From assembly GCF_009914755.1 (NCBI RefSeq), contig NC_060930.1: DNA of 64,000 nt. One strand, 5' to 3'. Numbering within the stretch: position 1 is the stretch's first letter; each line of letters opens with the position of its first letter. The DNA comes from the human T2T-CHM13v2.0 reference genome, Homo sapiens. The notes under the pieces were generated by a model, which was not told where the DNA came from, did no database searches, and saw only the letters and a list, made by a program, of their open reading frames with translations. Positions 14,591 through 29,490 of the stretch are shown here, in pieces. The translations under genes were made by a program, and so were the position numbers.

Positions 14591-15577
14591 TTCGAAAAGA
14601 ATTTCACCTATTTTTTCCATGAAAGTTTATTTTCTTTCTTGGATCCTATCCAGGACTTCAAATTGAATTTAGTTAATATTTCTCTTTCTCTTTAGTCTCC
14701 TGTAGTCTGTAACAACTTACCAGTCTTTCTCTTTCATAAAAATATTTCCTTCAGCACCATAGGAAAGGTAAAAAAGAAAAAAAATTTATTAAAGCAAATG
14801 TTTTATGTAATCTGGTGAAATATATATGCAAGATCATACCTGTGTGTGTGTTGAGGGGTACACATGGTGACTGAACAGGAAACATTTGAACTCCTTGTTT
14901 GCTTTAAGAGAAATATGACAGGGACCTTGCCAATATGTTAATGACATATGACAACTTAGCCTAATTCATCAAACTTTACTAATTCAGATTACTTGAAAAA
15001 AGCCACTAAATTTAGTTTTTTTAAAAGAGTCTGAAATTTACTTTAAATTATATTTTGCAAATAGATCAAGTTTTATTCCATTAACTTATGAAACTCTTAA
15101 TTGATACAGCCTTTCATTCTCATTGTTGTCTAGGAGATCCCATTGAATATATAAGGCCAATTTAGAATTAGCATAAGTATTAGTTGTATGTGGTAGATTA
15201 TGTCCACTTCAGAAAGTAATTTTCTTCCTTAAATATTCTCCCTAAGAAGGACCTTATCTTTTTTATTCCACTATAAAAAGGTATTGGCTATGCAAAGATA
15301 AACCAAAGCCTGAATCTTACCTATATTCTATAAATTTCAAATTAATATCATTCAAATTAACAGGTTTTTATTGTGTCAGAATCTTAAAGTTTTGTTACTA
15401 GAATATGATTTTGGAGAGCATTTGAACTATTTATAAACTAATCTACTCTTAGTACATTATCCTCTGTCCTTTTTCCACCACCACAGTCATGTGTATGCAA
15501 GAGGATCGTGAGCGTGGTCTGATAGGTAAATGTGGCAGTAATTCTCAACACTTCACCTGTCTTTAAGAATGACTGTT

Positions 15578-15856
15578 GGCGCAGCATGGTGGCTTACACC
15601 TGTAATTCAACCACTTTGAGAGGCCAAGGAGGGAAGATTGCTTGAGCGAGTTTGAGACCAGCCTGGGCAACACAGGGAGACCTTGTCTCTACAAAAAAAT
15701 TTAAAAATTAGCCGAGCATGGTGATGCACACCTGTACTCCCAGCTACACTGGTAGCTGAGTTGGGGGGATCACTTGTGCCCAGAGGGTTGAGGCTACAGT
15801 GAGCCATGATTATGCCACTGCATTCCACCCTGGGTGAGAGAGTGAGACACTGTCTC
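15578..15856 (+). mobile_element. AluJ, no poly(A) tail
   Basis: Sense Alu with J diagnostics ending gagacactgtctc. Confidence 0.88.
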
Positions 15857-15919
15857 TGGCGTGTGTGTCGGGGGCGGGGTGGGGGTGTGGAGGGAAGTAT
15901 GCCTATTAAATGGAGATAC

Positions 15920-16212
15920 ACATGCCCCAGTTCCAAAAAGGTTTTTTCCCCCCTTTAATTCTGTTTCAACAGTTCTGGCACTGAGTATACAGCAGTTCAA
16001 TTCTGACACTAACAATCCAGTTAGTGCAAACCCCACAAGTTGTAAGGCATGGTTGTGGTCCCTAACAAGACTGCCCTTACTGAACATGCCGGCCACAAGT
16101 GGTCCCCCTGCCACCCATGCTTCTGACTGACTGCCTACAAATCTAAGGGTTTCTACCTTTGGCTTAGTAATTCTCCAGAAGGACTCACAGAACTCAGGGA
16201 AGCACTTACACC
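15920..16212 (-). mobile_element. LTR fragment (MER21-like)
   Basis: caattctgacactaac, aagactgccc, ctcacagaactcaggga motifs. Confidence 0.6.
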
Positions 16213-16214
16213 TA

Positions 16215-16662
16215 ATTAAAGGAAAAAGCTGAGACAAAATTAATGTAAGTAGAGAGTTTATTTGGGCCAAGCTTGAGGACTGCAACAAGGAGCATAGATT
16301 CAAGTTGCTCTGAACATAGACTCCATTAGCAGCAGTTACAAGTGGATTTTTTAAGAATAAAAGGGTAACAGGGAGTGGGCTGATATAAAGTTGTTTATCA
16401 GGAATTCTCAATGGTTTACAGAAATAACATTGATTAGTGATTGGCTATCTGTTGTTAAGCTATAGGGTGTGAGTTATAGTGTCTGGTGCAGCATTAGTAG
16501 GTTGATTTATGACTACTTGTGGCAACAGCAAACAGTTTTAAGGATGAATATATAGTTAAAGGAGGAAGTAGGATATGATTGCTGTATCATTTTAACATTT
16601 CTATGGGCCTGATAATTTAAAAGGTCTCACATTCCTCAGATAAAAGTTCTTTTCTTTTCTCA
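16215..16662 (-). mobile_element. ERV1 MER4-group solo LTR (subfamily uncertain)
   Basis: gagtttatttgggccaagcttgaggactgcaac (AATAAA-type signal on minus strand) ... cattcctcagataaaagttcttttcttttctca. Confidence 0.65.
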
Positions 16663-16949
16663 TTGACATTGTTTTTAGGATATTCTATATAAACAATCAT
16701 ATTGCCTGCAAATAAATATTTATTTCTTCCTTTCCAATCTGGATTCCTTTTATTTATTTATTTTTATCTTGCTTGATTGTGCTGGCTACTGAGGATATTT
16801 TTAAGAGCATTTTATAATACAGCACAGTGTTAAATAGAAGTAGTGAGTGGGGACATCCTTGCCCTGTTGCTGTTCTTAGAGGAGAGTTGTTCAGTCTTTC
16901 ATCATTAAGTATGATGTTAGCTACAGGTTATTTGCAGGTGCCCTTTGTT

Positions 16950-17169
16950 TATTTTTTATTCTTTTATTTCTTAAAAAACAAGGTCTTGCTCTGTCACCTG
17001 GGCTGGAGTGCAATGGTGCAATCATAGCTCACTGCAGCCTTGACCTCCAGGTTCAAGCAATCCTCCCAACTCAGCCTCCTAAGGAGCTGGGACTACAGGC
17101 ATGTACCACCATGCCTGGCTAATTATTTTATTTTTCTTAGAGATGGGGTCTCACTTTGTTGCTCAGGCT
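16950..17169 (-). mobile_element. 5'-truncated AluJ
   Basis: Antisense right arm plus part of left arm; TSD cctttgtt on both sides. Confidence 0.88.
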
Positions 17170-17562
17170 GCCTTTGTTAAGTTAAGGAATTTTTTTCATC
17201 TCTAGTTTTCTTTAGAAATCATGAATGGATGTTGAATATTGCCCAATTTTTTTTCATCTTTTGGGATGAGCAGATGATTTTTCTCCTTTTTTCTATCAAA
17301 AAGACGAACTGCAATTCAATGCCTTTTGAATGTTTCACTAACCTTGCATGACCGTGATAAACACCAGTCAGTTTAAATATTTTGGTTTATACTGTATTAT
17401 ACTTTCTTTATATATTACTGGATTAAATTTGATAGTATTTTGTTAAGGATTTTCATGTTTATGTTCATGAGAGATAATGGCCTGTAGTTTCCTTGTAATG
17501 TCTTTGTTAGGTTTTGTTATCAGAGGAAAGTTAACATTATAAAATGAGTTAGGAGATGTTTC

Positions 17563-17903
<341 letters not shown>

Positions 17904-20306
17904 TAAATAAGTTTGTGTAAATTTGTTATTATTTATTCTTTAATGTAGAATTCAGCAAAGAAGCCATCTGGACCTGGAGTATTCTTTGTGGGAAGGGTTT
18001 CAATTTCAATGTCACTATCTTTAATAGCTATGGAACTATTTGCTCTCTTTCTTCTTATGTTGCTTTTGATAATTTACGTCTTTCAAACAATCTCTTCATC
18101 TCTTGTTAGTTGTTGAGTTTATTAACCAAAAGTTGTTCACAATATTCCATTATTATCCATTTAATGTCTATAGTATCAGTAGTGATGTCCCTTAGGTCTT
18201 CTTCCATTCCTGATATTCATAATTTTTAAAATTATCTTTTATTCATAATCAGTTTTCCTAGAGGTTATCACTTTTTCTCATCTTTTCAAAGACACAGCCT
18301 TTAGTTTCATTCATTTTTCTTTCTAGAAAGAAAATGAATGAATGAACAACCATTCATTTCCTTTCTTATTGATTTCTAGTCTTTATTATTTCCTTTTCCT
18401 CTATTGGAATTCAATTTGATTTCGCTTCTTCCATTTCTTTAAAGTGGGATGTTTGTATCATTGATTTTCTTTATTATAAAAGGATTTAAGGTTTTCAGAT
18501 TTTCACTTAAAGCACTGCTTCAGCTACATCTCATAAATTTGGTAGTTTACATTTTCATTATTATCCACTTCTGAATATTTTCTAGTTTCTTTTATGATTT
18601 CTTCTTGGACTCATTGATTATGTATGCTAGTGTTGTTTAATTTTGTAATATATAACTATTTTTCAAATATTTTTGGTTTTGATTTCTAAGTTAATTTCAT
18701 TGCAGTCATAGAACATATTCCATATGATTGCAGACATTTTAAATTTAATGAGACTTTTTTTATGGCCTGGTGTATAAAATAACTTGGTGAATGTTTTATG
18801 TGTCCTTAAAAAGAATGTGCATGTTGCAATTTGGAGTAAAGTATCTGATAAATGACAATTAGATCAAGCTGGTTTAAAGTATTCTTCCAGTTTTCCATGT
18901 CATTACTGTGTCTTTGTCTACTTTCCTAGAAAATACTGAAAATTTCTCAGTATAATTATGGACTTTGTTTTTTCCTCCTTTCATACTGTCAGTTTTTGAT
19001 TAATGTGTTTTCAAATTCTGTTGTTTAGGATTATTATATATGTTGTCTTTAAAAATTGACTCACATTATTATGTAATGATATTATTTATATCTGGCACTA
19101 TTTCTTGTCATGAAGGTTATTTTATCTGACATTAATATAGCATTCCAGCTTTCTCCTGTTAGTGTCTAAATAGTATATCTTTATACCATTCTTTTACTTT
19201 TAACCAATCTGTGTCTTTACATTTAAATTATGTTTGGTTTCCAATAGATAGCATATAGTAATCAGGATTTTATTTTTGTGCAATTATCAGTATGGTTGGA
19301 TCTCATCTACCATTCTTGCTACTTATTTTCCATTTGTCTCATCTGTTCTTTGTTCCTTTTCACCCCTTTTGCCATCTTTTGATTTGAGTTTTATTTTTAG
19401 TTTTTTTAAAAAACATTTTATGTACTCTATTTGCTTAGTAGCTCTATTCCTTTGTTATATTATTGATTGCTCTGGGATTTACTACATTCATCTTAATTTT
19501 ATCGCAGTCTACCTTCAGATAATATACTACTGTATGTGTAATATCAGTGCCTTAAAACAGTAAACCTCCATTTTCCTCCTCACTCCTTGTGCTATTGTGG
19601 AAATGCACTTTATTTCAACATGTAAACCTCACAATGCATTATTACTTTTTTTATACAGGTCATTATCTTTTAAATAAATGTAAAACTGAGTAAAAGGTAT
19701 TTTTTCCATCCTGCTTTTTATTTTTATGTAAATCTGAGTTTCATCTGATATTGTTTTCTTCAGCCCTAAAAAACTTCCTCTAATATGTCTTATAGTGCAG
19801 GCCTACTAATGATAAATTGTTATAACTTTTGTTTATCTGAAAAGTTCTTGATTTTACCTTAATTTTGTGGGATATTTTCTCTGAGTATAGAATTATAGGT
19901 GATTTTTTTTTCTATAATATAAACTTATTCACTCATTGCCTTCTGGATTACATTATTTCTAATAAGAAGTCAAAGATGATTCTTATCTTTTTTCACCTGT
20001 ATCTAATATTTTTTCTCTCTGGCTACTCTTAAAATTTTCTTCTTATCACTAATTTGGAATAGTTTGATTAAGGTATGCATTGGAGTCATTTTCTTTACAT
20101 GTATCCTGCTTTAGGTTTGTTATGCTTTTTGGATATGTAGATTTATACTTACATAGTTTTTATCAAATTTTATAAATTTTAACCATTATTTTTACAAAAG
20201 TTTTCTGTTCCTCCCTGTCTCTCCTTTTCTTTTGGAATGAAAATTGTATGTATGTGATGACCATTCATATTGTTTCAGAAATCACTTAGCCTCTGTTCAA
20301 TTTTTT

Positions 20307-20310
<4 letters not shown>

Positions 20311-20338
<28 letters not shown>

Positions 20339-20354
20339 CTGTGTGTCTGTGTGT
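20311..20354. repeat. (GT)n microsatellite
   Basis: Visible GT repeat. Confidence 0.95.
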
Positions 20355-22361
20355 TTCAGTTTGGATAGTTTCTATTCTTGTGTCTTCAAGTTCACTGATC
20401 TTTTCTTTCATATTGTCTAATCTGTTATTCTCATCCAGAGAAACTTTTAATTTAGATACAGTATTTTTCAGTTCTATATTTCTTTGTTGTTTTTTTAATA
20501 TCTTAAGCTTCTCTCAGTTTCTCTTATGTTCATATTTTAAATCCTTGGGCATAAATAAAACAGCTGTTTTTAAGTCCTCATTTGCAGATTTCATTATCTC
20601 TGTTATTTCTGCATCTGTTTCTATTGACTGATTTTTTTTCCTGGTTGTGGTTCACGTTTTCTTGTTTTTCTGTGTATCTTGTAGTTTTTTATTAAATACC
20701 AAGCATTTATTTTAGTTCTGTATAGAGTATTAAGTTTTATTCTGGCTAGCAGTAATTTGCATGATCCCTCCAAAGCTTGCTTTTAAGTTTGTTTCGGATG
20801 GATGTAAGGTAGCTTTTCCTCTATGCGTAGTTTAACCCTTCTATTAAGGCATTCTGGGATCTGTGCACAATGCTGCAGGTGTTCACTGAGTTTTCTTCAC
20901 TTTTAATGGTCAGAATTTGAATGACTTCAGCTTTCTGGTAGTTTTTCTTTCCCCAAAGGTTGTGATGTGCTCAACAGTTTTGAATCTCAGCTAAAAACGC
21001 AGGAGGATTTCTGTAGTTCTGCTCCGTGCCGCTTTCTCCTCTCTAGTACTCTGTTTCTCATATTCCAGTTACCCTGGTATCCTTGTGAACTACAACCTCC
21101 ATCTCTTCAACTCAGTAGGACTGCTAAGCTCTTTGGTATTCCCATTCCTGTACCACAGACTGGAAAGTGTCTCCAGACAGAAAACTGGGGAGATCACAGG
21201 GCTCACTTCATTTGTTTTCTTTTCTTATGTCTCACAGAACTGCTCTGCGTGTCTGAACTATCTGAAAATAGTTGGTTTTTAAGTTTTGTCCAGGTTCCTA
21301 CTTTTTTACAGTCGAAGGTCAGATCTGGCTACTGTAGTATCATGGCTGGAAGCTGAAATTCTGTTCTTCCTGCAGAGTTTTGTGCCCTGGGTTTTTGTTT
21401 TTTGTTTTTTGTTTTTTTTCCTTTTCCCTCTCTCTTTTTATATTTGAAGTCTTTTCTATAATATTCAGGAATTCTCATGTTAATGACTGGAGAATAGTCC
21501 TTTGAATGGATATACCACAATTTACATAAGAATCCCCACAATTCAAATAAGAACATAGACCCTCAGTTACACTGCATTAGTATTAATGTACATTTTTGTT
21601 ATATCCATAGGATAAAATGAAATTACTGTGTCAAAGGAAGGAGATATTTGACTAGCTCTTTGTACAAATTACCATATTGCCATCTAGATAGATTATTTTA
21701 AACCCAAAGGGTCACTGTATGACAGTGTGCATGCCACAGTGATCTCTTTAGTAGTGGATACTCAATTTTTTTTAAATTTCCAATTTAAGTAAAAATTTGT
21801 ATCTTATTGTTGGAACTTTATTTGGAACTCCATTTATTTTATTATTGCTATGCTTGAATTTGCATGTGTCTTCTGGTTATTTGCATTTGTTAATTTAAAT
21901 TCTGTCAAGTTAAAATATGTATGTGTTTTATAATATCAAATAGTAGAGAAAATCTTACAATGAAAACAGCCATTCCCTGTCGCACACCTCATTATTTTAG
22001 TCCTATTGCTCAAAAGAAACCAATTTTAACTCTTTTTAGATTTCTAAATTGGATCTTATAATGTCACAACCTCGGTTATTAATTTGAGATGTTTACTTCC
22101 TACTCTTAAGTTAGACTCTTACTCCAACTCTCTGTGTTCCTTCCCCCATCCTCTCAATATAGGTATATAGTTAAATCAATAATGCGTGTTCACATCGCTG
22201 TGCCTGTGATATTCTCTGCAGAGCTAATAATCAACTCATTACAGTTCTATTCTTGCATGGTTTTTTTCTTTCCAGAAGCATTTAATAGTTTTTCTCTTCT
22301 TCCTGCCATATTTCCCTTTGATTTTCTTTTTTAGCTCTAGGATATTTACTAAGTGCCTTCA

Positions 22362-23575
22362 TTTTTTTTAACTGTTAAGTTCAGGGCATATGTACAGATT
22401 TGTTATATAGGTAAACTTGTGTCATGGGGGTTCTTTGTACGGATTATTTCATCACCCAGGTATTAAGCCTAGTACCTGTTAGTTACTTTTCCTGATCCTC
22501 TCCGCCTTCCCATCCTTCACCCTCCATTAGGCCCCAGTGGGTGTTGCTCCCCTCTGTGTGTCCATGTATTCTCATCATTTAGCTCCCACTTATAAGTGAG
22601 AACATGCCGTATTTGGTTTTCAGTTCCTGCATTAGTTTGCTAAGGATAATGGCCTCCACTTTCATCCATGTTCCTGCAAAAGACATGATCTCTTTCTGTT
22701 TTGTGGCTGCATAGTATTCCATGGTATATATGTACCACATGTTTTTTATCCAGTCTATCATTGATGAGCGTTTAGGTTGATTCCATGTCTTTGCTATTGT
22801 GAATAGTGCTGCAGTGAACATACATGTCCATATGTCTTTATAATAAAATGATTTAAATTCCTTTGGGTATACACCCACTAATGGGATTGAGTCAAATGGT
22901 AGTTCTGCTTTTAGGTCTTTGAGGAATTGCCAGACTGTCTCCCACAATGGTTGAACTATTAAATAATTTACATTCCCACCAGTAGTGTATAAGTGTTTCA
23001 TTTTCTCTGCAACCTCACCAGCATCTGATATTTTTTGACTTTTTAATGATAGTCTGACTGGTGTCAGATGGTATCTCATTGTGGTTTTGATTTGCATTTC
23101 TCTAATGATCAGTGATGTTGAGCTTTTTTCATATTAAAAATATGTTGGCCACTTGTCATTTTTTGAAGTGTCTTTTCATGTCCTTTGTCCACTTTTTAAT
23201 GAGGTTGTTTTGTTTTTTTCTTGTAAATTTAAGTTTCTTATAGATGCTGTATATTAGACCTTTGTCAGATGCATAGTTGCAAAATTTTTCTCCCATTCTG
23301 TAGGTTGTCTGTTCACTCTGTTGATAGTTTCTTTTGCTGTGCAGAAGCTCTTAAGTATAATTAGATCCCATTTGTCAGTTTTTACATGTGTTGCGATTGT
23401 TTTTGGTGTCTTCTTCATAAAATCTTTGCCCATTCTTATATTGAGAATGGTATTACCTAGGTTGCTTTCCTGGGTTTTTATGGTCTTGGATTTTATGTTT
23501 AAGTCTTTAATCCATCTTGAGTTAATTTTTGTATGTGGTGTAAGGAAGGTGTCCAATTTCAGTCATCTGCATATG
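22362..23575 (-). mobile_element. 5'-truncated old L1PA (L1PA12-16-like): ORF2 C-terminus and 3' UTR
   Basis: ORFs 22579-23097 and 23254-23556 translate to L1 ORF2 C-terminal peptides (MQIKTTMRYHLTPVR, WYIYTMEYYAA); short TSD aagtgcc (22351 / 23576). Confidence 0.93.
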
Positions 23576-23590
23576 AAGTGCCCTGAAGTG

Positions 23591-23701
23591 TGAGGATCAC
23601 TTGAGCCCAAGAGTTTGAGGGTGCAGTGAGCTATGATCATGTCACTGCACTCCAGCCTGAGTGGCAGAGCAAGATCCTGTCTCAAAACAAAACAAAAAAA
23701 A
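23591..23701 (+). mobile_element. AluJ/FRAM right-arm fragment
   Basis: gaggatcacttgagcccaagag...tgtctcaaaacaaaa. Confidence 0.85.
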
Positions 23702-24400
23702 CTTAGATGAAATAAATTTTTAGTAAAAGATAACTGGTCAAAACTGATCCAAGAAGAAGTAGGAATCTGAGTAAGTCTGTAACCATTAAATAAATTGAAT
23801 CATTAGATAGAATTCTTTCAAGGGAGAATACATCAAAGATTTTAAAACAAGTTTTACCAGACTTCCAAGAAACAGATCATTACAATTTCAACCAGTCTCT
23901 TCCAGAGAAAGGAAAAGCAAGGGACGCACCCTACCTCATTCCATTAGACTCGGTTAATAATTCACATTAACAAAAGAGAACATAGATATGATCATTTCAG
24001 TAGACACAGAAAAATTATATTACAGAATTTAACACCTGCTCATGATTAACAACCAATGCAGCAGAAGTAGTAAGGGAGATCCCTTATCTTAATAAAGGGT
24101 CCTGATAACAATAGAAACAAAACCAGATACCACACAAAATGGGAGGAAGCATCACTTTTAATGATTTTCAGCATTTAAAACAAGACAAGACTCCCAGCTA
24201 ATCGGGCTTCTATCTCACCGATGTACCCATGGCCCTGTCCGGTGTAGGAAGTCAAGAAAACTATTTTACAATTATGAGGACTGGAAAGGAAGGAACCAAC
24301 TACTATTATTTGCAGGCCCTATGATAGTTCTAAGACTAAAGTTGTAAGGCTGGTTGTTAGAAATATTGAAAGTATTGAGCAAGGTAACCTGCAAGTATCA
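23702..24400 (+). mobile_element. Ancient L1M ORF2 fragments
   Basis: Degenerate ORF2 motifs (ccaagaagaagtaggaatctga, atgatcatttcagtagacacagaaaa). Confidence 0.6.
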
Positions 24401-25078
24401 AAAACCAGGTTCCAACTGGAGAAAAAGCAATAAAACTATATTAATTTTAGAAACATAAAATGCTAAGAAAATCCAAAAAGAAAACATAAAGGTCTGCAAA
24501 AATATTTCACTAACAGCCATGCACAGGGCAGATTTCTGGTCCTAAAAGTAGCTGAATGCACACAGGTTGCTGGTGCTCCTTCATCCGTGGCTTCCCTGCC
24601 CCCCATTTCCCAGCCTCCCAGAAGCAGACTCGCTCTGATGGCTTTACTTTCTCTCCCTCTCCTCTGCCAAGACCTGCTCTAGCTGCTCTCACTAGTTGGC
24701 TCAAGATCAGAAAAGAATACAGTTATTTTTTTTTTCCTTTCTAAAAACTCCGTGTTTCCTGGAGACCTCTCAGAGTTTCAGTCTCTGGAGTGGAGAGAGA
24801 AGTCATCTTGTCTGAGTTCATCCCTAGCTCTCATATTCTTGGTACATTCTTAGGAATAATGGATAGTCTCTCCAGGCTCAGGTAATCCTGTCTGACTTGA
24901 TCTGCAGCATCGAGTCAACCCTCCTTTCCCCAAGGGAAACGTTCTTCTATTAGAGGATGAGAGCTTCAACATAGCATAAATGTAAAGTAACAAATATACA
25001 CATATACCATGTGATAAGTTAAATTTCAGAACAATCAGTAATCAACAGATTTAGAGTTAAAATGTAATTTCTCTAGCT

Positions 25079-25315
25079 CAGCAGTTCTCAATCCAGGGCA
25101 TTTTTGCCACCTACTCTCCTGCCCTGCCAGACATTTGCCAATATCTGGAGGTACTACTTGTTGTCACTACTTGTAGGGGATGTGCTACTGGCAAATAGTA
25201 GATAGAAGCCAGGGATACAGCTCAACAGCATACACTACATGGGAGAGACCTGCTCCCCAACAACAAAGAAATATCTGGCCCAAAATGTCAATAGTGCTGA
25301 GACTGAAAAGCCCTG
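25079..25315 (+). mobile_element. MER20 (hAT-Charlie)
   Basis: cagcagttctcaa...gtgctactggca...ggcccaaaatgtcaatagtgctgag...ccctg. Confidence 0.85.
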
Positions 25316-25349
25316 GTTTAAAAGTTATAAATCTAAAACATCATCACAA

Positions 25350-25580
25350 TAATAACAGTGCACATTTTTTGAGCACTTACTATATCCCAGACTTGGTGCT
25401 AAGTAAACTGCATACATATTCTCACAGAACTAGTCTTATACCTATTTTATGTATAAGAAAACAGCCTTAGGGAGGTTAAAAAAAATTATGTAAGGTCACT
25501 TAGTGACTGATGCATAAAGCTGGAATTCAAACTGGTCTGACTCCAGGACCTGAAATTTTAACTAGGCTAAACTGCCTCCC
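25350..25580 (-). mobile_element. MIR
   Basis: ttgagcacttactat...attttat...gaggttaa...ggaattcaaac...tctgactcca. Confidence 0.75.
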
Positions 25581-25974
25581 AAGTTGGGACCAATGCCCTC
25601 ATTTTATAGATAAGAGAACTGTATGAGATCCTAACGTAGGTTTGTTTCTCTTTCCGTCCTTATAGTTAAATGCTATAATGACTTGGGACAGACTCAGCCC
25701 AGAATTATTTTTACACTGCCAGAGAACTGTTTGGTTGAAGACTTACATATCTCTGATTTTACTGCAATCCAACTCAACATAAAATGACCAACCTACAGCT
25801 ACACAGTACATTCAGGAAGAACTGAGAAAAACCCCCTCTCTCAAACCTTCAACACAAACACTCTCTCTCTCCCTTTCTCTCTCTCTCTCTCACCACTTAT
25901 CAGTCTTCATTGCACTTGATTCTGCCTCCTAAAGGGGTTCCTTTTTAAGCTACACCTTCTTCTCCCTTCTACCC

Positions 25975-26450
25975 ATGTCTTACTTAGCATTGGCCTGAAA
26001 ACAGAGCCTGAGATGAGGGTTTGTATGCAGATAGTTTATGTGGGAGGTGGTCTCAGGAAACAGGAATGAGGCAAAGTCAGAGAGGAAGAAAAGCCACTAT
26101 CAAGATGCGTTTAGTTACTAAGGTTGCCACAGTCGAAGCTCCCATCCTGATGGCTTTAAACCCAGGCGTTTCCAGGCTCCACGTAGGCTGTATAAAGGGC
26201 TTGGGGCAGATAATGGAAAAATGCATGTGAGCACTGCATGCTTGAGAAGGGGTGCTTTCAGTGAGGTTGTGTCTGCGCTCACACAGAACTGTCCACCGCA
26301 GCTCCAGCTGAATTCAGAGTTAAGCCTAAGGGATGAGAACACATTTCTTCTAAAAAATTTCACCAAGCCCAGAGACAGAACAGCAGGTGCGTAGGGGATT
26401 TCTCAGCTAAGCTGTCAATCTTCTGCTTCAGATGACTAGAGAAAGATGTC
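25975..26450 (-). mobile_element. Old ERVL LTR (LTR16/LTR33-like)
   Basis: aacagagcctgagatgagg...tagtttatgtgggaggtg motif. Confidence 0.45.
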
Positions 26451-27249
26451 TTGGTGTGACAGGGATCTGCCATGTATGTGACCAAGTGGCCCTGGGATGC
26501 TTAGTGTGCTGCAGACTGTCTCTTGACACACCAGTTCTCCACTTTTTTCTCCCAAAATTATACTGGAACTATCTGGTTTTTCTGTAAAAGTTCTAGATGA
26601 ATTCAATCAACAAGATGCAATCATTATGGCTCCAGTTCTCGTGGACACTATTGAGGAGGCTACCAATAGGCAGATAACTGAACTGAAATTGGAGGAACAT
26701 GCATTAAATTAACAAAAGCCAGCATTACAAATCCAGCATGGTGTGATGTCCCACAGCCTTATGCAGAGTGATAAATGCAAACTGCTTATGCCCTGAGACA
26801 GGCTAAAAGTGAGAAGCATTGCATGTAAGTGCAATTATGAAGTGAGAGCAATGTCAAATGAGGAAGTGGTAAACTTCTTGAGTGTACCTTATATTGTCTT
26901 TTTTAAAAAGTAGCCAACATTTGTTGAGCACTTACCATTCCCATGCATTAAGTCATTTAAGGCTGCCTTGAAAAACTATTGAAGTATTTTAGAAGACATA
27001 ACAGTGTTTACTTTTAGGGAGGATGGAGGAAATTGGTGGGGAGGGGCTGTGTGAGGCTCTTCTGGGGAACTGGCAGGGTTCTATTTCTTATTTCCAGGTA
27101 ATGGATACAGAGGTATGCCCTTTTAAATAAAAATACATCCACTTGCTATATACTTTTTTGTAAGTGTGTAATATTTTGCAATTTAAAGAAGGTTAAATTA
27201 TTGTTTAATGACTAAATGGAAAAATAACTGCTGGAGAGAGAATAATAAT

Positions 27250-27420
27250 GGTGAGAAATTTTTGAGCATTTTATTTGAGTGATCTCATTTCATCTTCACA
27301 ATACCCTGTAAAGTACATGACAATATTATTATCCTCGTCAGATGAGGAAATTGAGGCATATAGATTAAATTACTTGTCCCAAGTGACACTGCTAGTAGGT
27401 GGTAAGGCTTGATATGTAGA
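27250..27420 (-). mobile_element. MIR
   Basis: atctcattt...cacaataccctg...cagatgaggaaattgaggc. Confidence 0.75.
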
Positions 27421-28934
27421 CATGTTATTTTCACTTTTTAAAGTTTCAGAGCTTGCCTATTAAAGTGAGGTGCTCAATTGCATCTTGGTTTATTCAAAAC
27501 CTGAGTGAGGTCTGAGCTGACTTAGTCACTCAGACCCAGCCTTAAATCTGCAGAACATTGAAGCCCAGAAATGCCAAGGACAAGGTGTCCCATGGGAAGA
27601 AGTCAGCCACCATGTTGTTTCAGAGCCGCTGACACTTTTCTTTGGAAACCTGCGTCTTTTCCCCAGTCTCTTGGATTCTCCTTTAAATTAAAAGTCACTG
27701 GTTATTTGTAGCAGTAAAGACAAGAGACCACTTGGTTTCGTTTCTGCAGACTTGACCTAGGCAAGATGCCATGTTTAGTGAGTTTAGGGTTTGGTTTTAG
27801 TTGATATCCTTTTCATTGTTTGTTATATCTGGTCATTTTTTGAAACTTGGGCTCTTTTTCAGTAGTGATGTCATATGGATTTGTTTGGGAAATGGGTATC
27901 TATGAATAATCTCAGTGGACTATTAATAAGGGGCATGAAATGTCAAATTAAAATACATCCTTGGCTTGTAAAGGGCTAAAATTTGAATTCCCATCACCAT
28001 CTGACCTGCTTAATTCAACCAAACAAGTTTTTATTTCGCACCTGTTGTGTAACCAGTTAGTACACACTGTAAGTTTCACAAAAAATGTGGTCTCTAGTCA
28101 AGGAGCTGGGTTATATGTGAATGTGTGCATATTTTAAATCCCACTGAGACAGGCTTTTAAAATGGCATGTAACATAATTTACAGTAATTCACCTTATAAT
28201 TTTAGCCTGCACAGATCACATGACTTTCTCTCTACATTATGTTCATCAGTGAGAGTAGCGCCATATCCATCCATCATCCCCTGGCGATTGTAATCTCCTT
28301 CCTTAGCCATCTCCTTTCCTGTGCTTTTATCCCACCTAACGCAGAGCTCTGCAGGTGCTAAGCATGCAACAGACGTCTCACATAAATGAGTGCAACCACA
28401 CCCTCTCCACTCAACTTTTGCTTTTTACAAGCCGGAGCATAATTTTAAATATTCACGTTGCACACAGAATCTCATATTACTTTCCTCCTTAAATCAATAT
28501 TTAGTGCTCAATGCTGGTCCTAGAAGCTAGATGGAATCAAATAAGAAATTCAACATTTGGTCTGTTTCTACCGATGAATTAAAGCTTCCGAGAAATATTT
28601 TAAACTTTTCTAAAATGGAAATGGATTGTAAGCTGAACGTGTTGATGGGTCTTCTGCTTCCTCCACCGTTCCTGCCAGGAGCACCTAGGCTTGAACATGT
28701 GCTATTATTGTTCACATACATCCAGAAGCACCTAGGTTTCATGGATGTATGTGAAGACGGCAGTTGTTCCCCAGTTATGCCTGGGATCCCTTCACATCCT
28801 CAGAAAGGCCAGAACTGTACTGACCTCAGGGAAGCAAGGAATCAAGAAGCCACTTGCCTGGGAGTTTTACCCAAGTCCTGCTGTCTTATCAGATAACATC
28901 CTCGTGAAGCTTCTCTGTGAGTTCATTGCTCTGA

Positions 28935-29256
<322 letters not shown>

Positions 29257-29274
29257 CCAGGGCCCTTTCTAAGA

Positions 29275-29490
29275 AGGGCAGCATGGCGCAGTGGAAAGAG
29301 CCCAGGCACTGCAGCTAGAACTACCTGAGTTTGCAACTCTATTTAGCTACATACTAGACTCACTTTTGGATGATTCTTGCGGTGCTCTGAGCCTCAGTTG
29401 CCTCATCTGTAAAATGGGAATGATACTACTTCTAATGCTAGGAACTATTGAGAGTTCCTATGAGTCAAAAAGCACCTAGCACATAATAGA
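29275..29490 (+). mobile_element. MIR
   Basis: gcagcatggcgcagtggaaagagc...ctctgagcctcagttgcctcatctgtaaaatggga. Confidence 0.8.

Noticed and set aside
15794-16411. Longest ORF in the track (205 aa, minus strand)
   Set aside because: Runs across two LTR relics and an Alu; no recognisable domain; chance ORF
22579-23556. L1 ORF2-like ORFs as genes
   Set aside because: Fragments of a truncated, frameshifted L1PA; not a functional CDS
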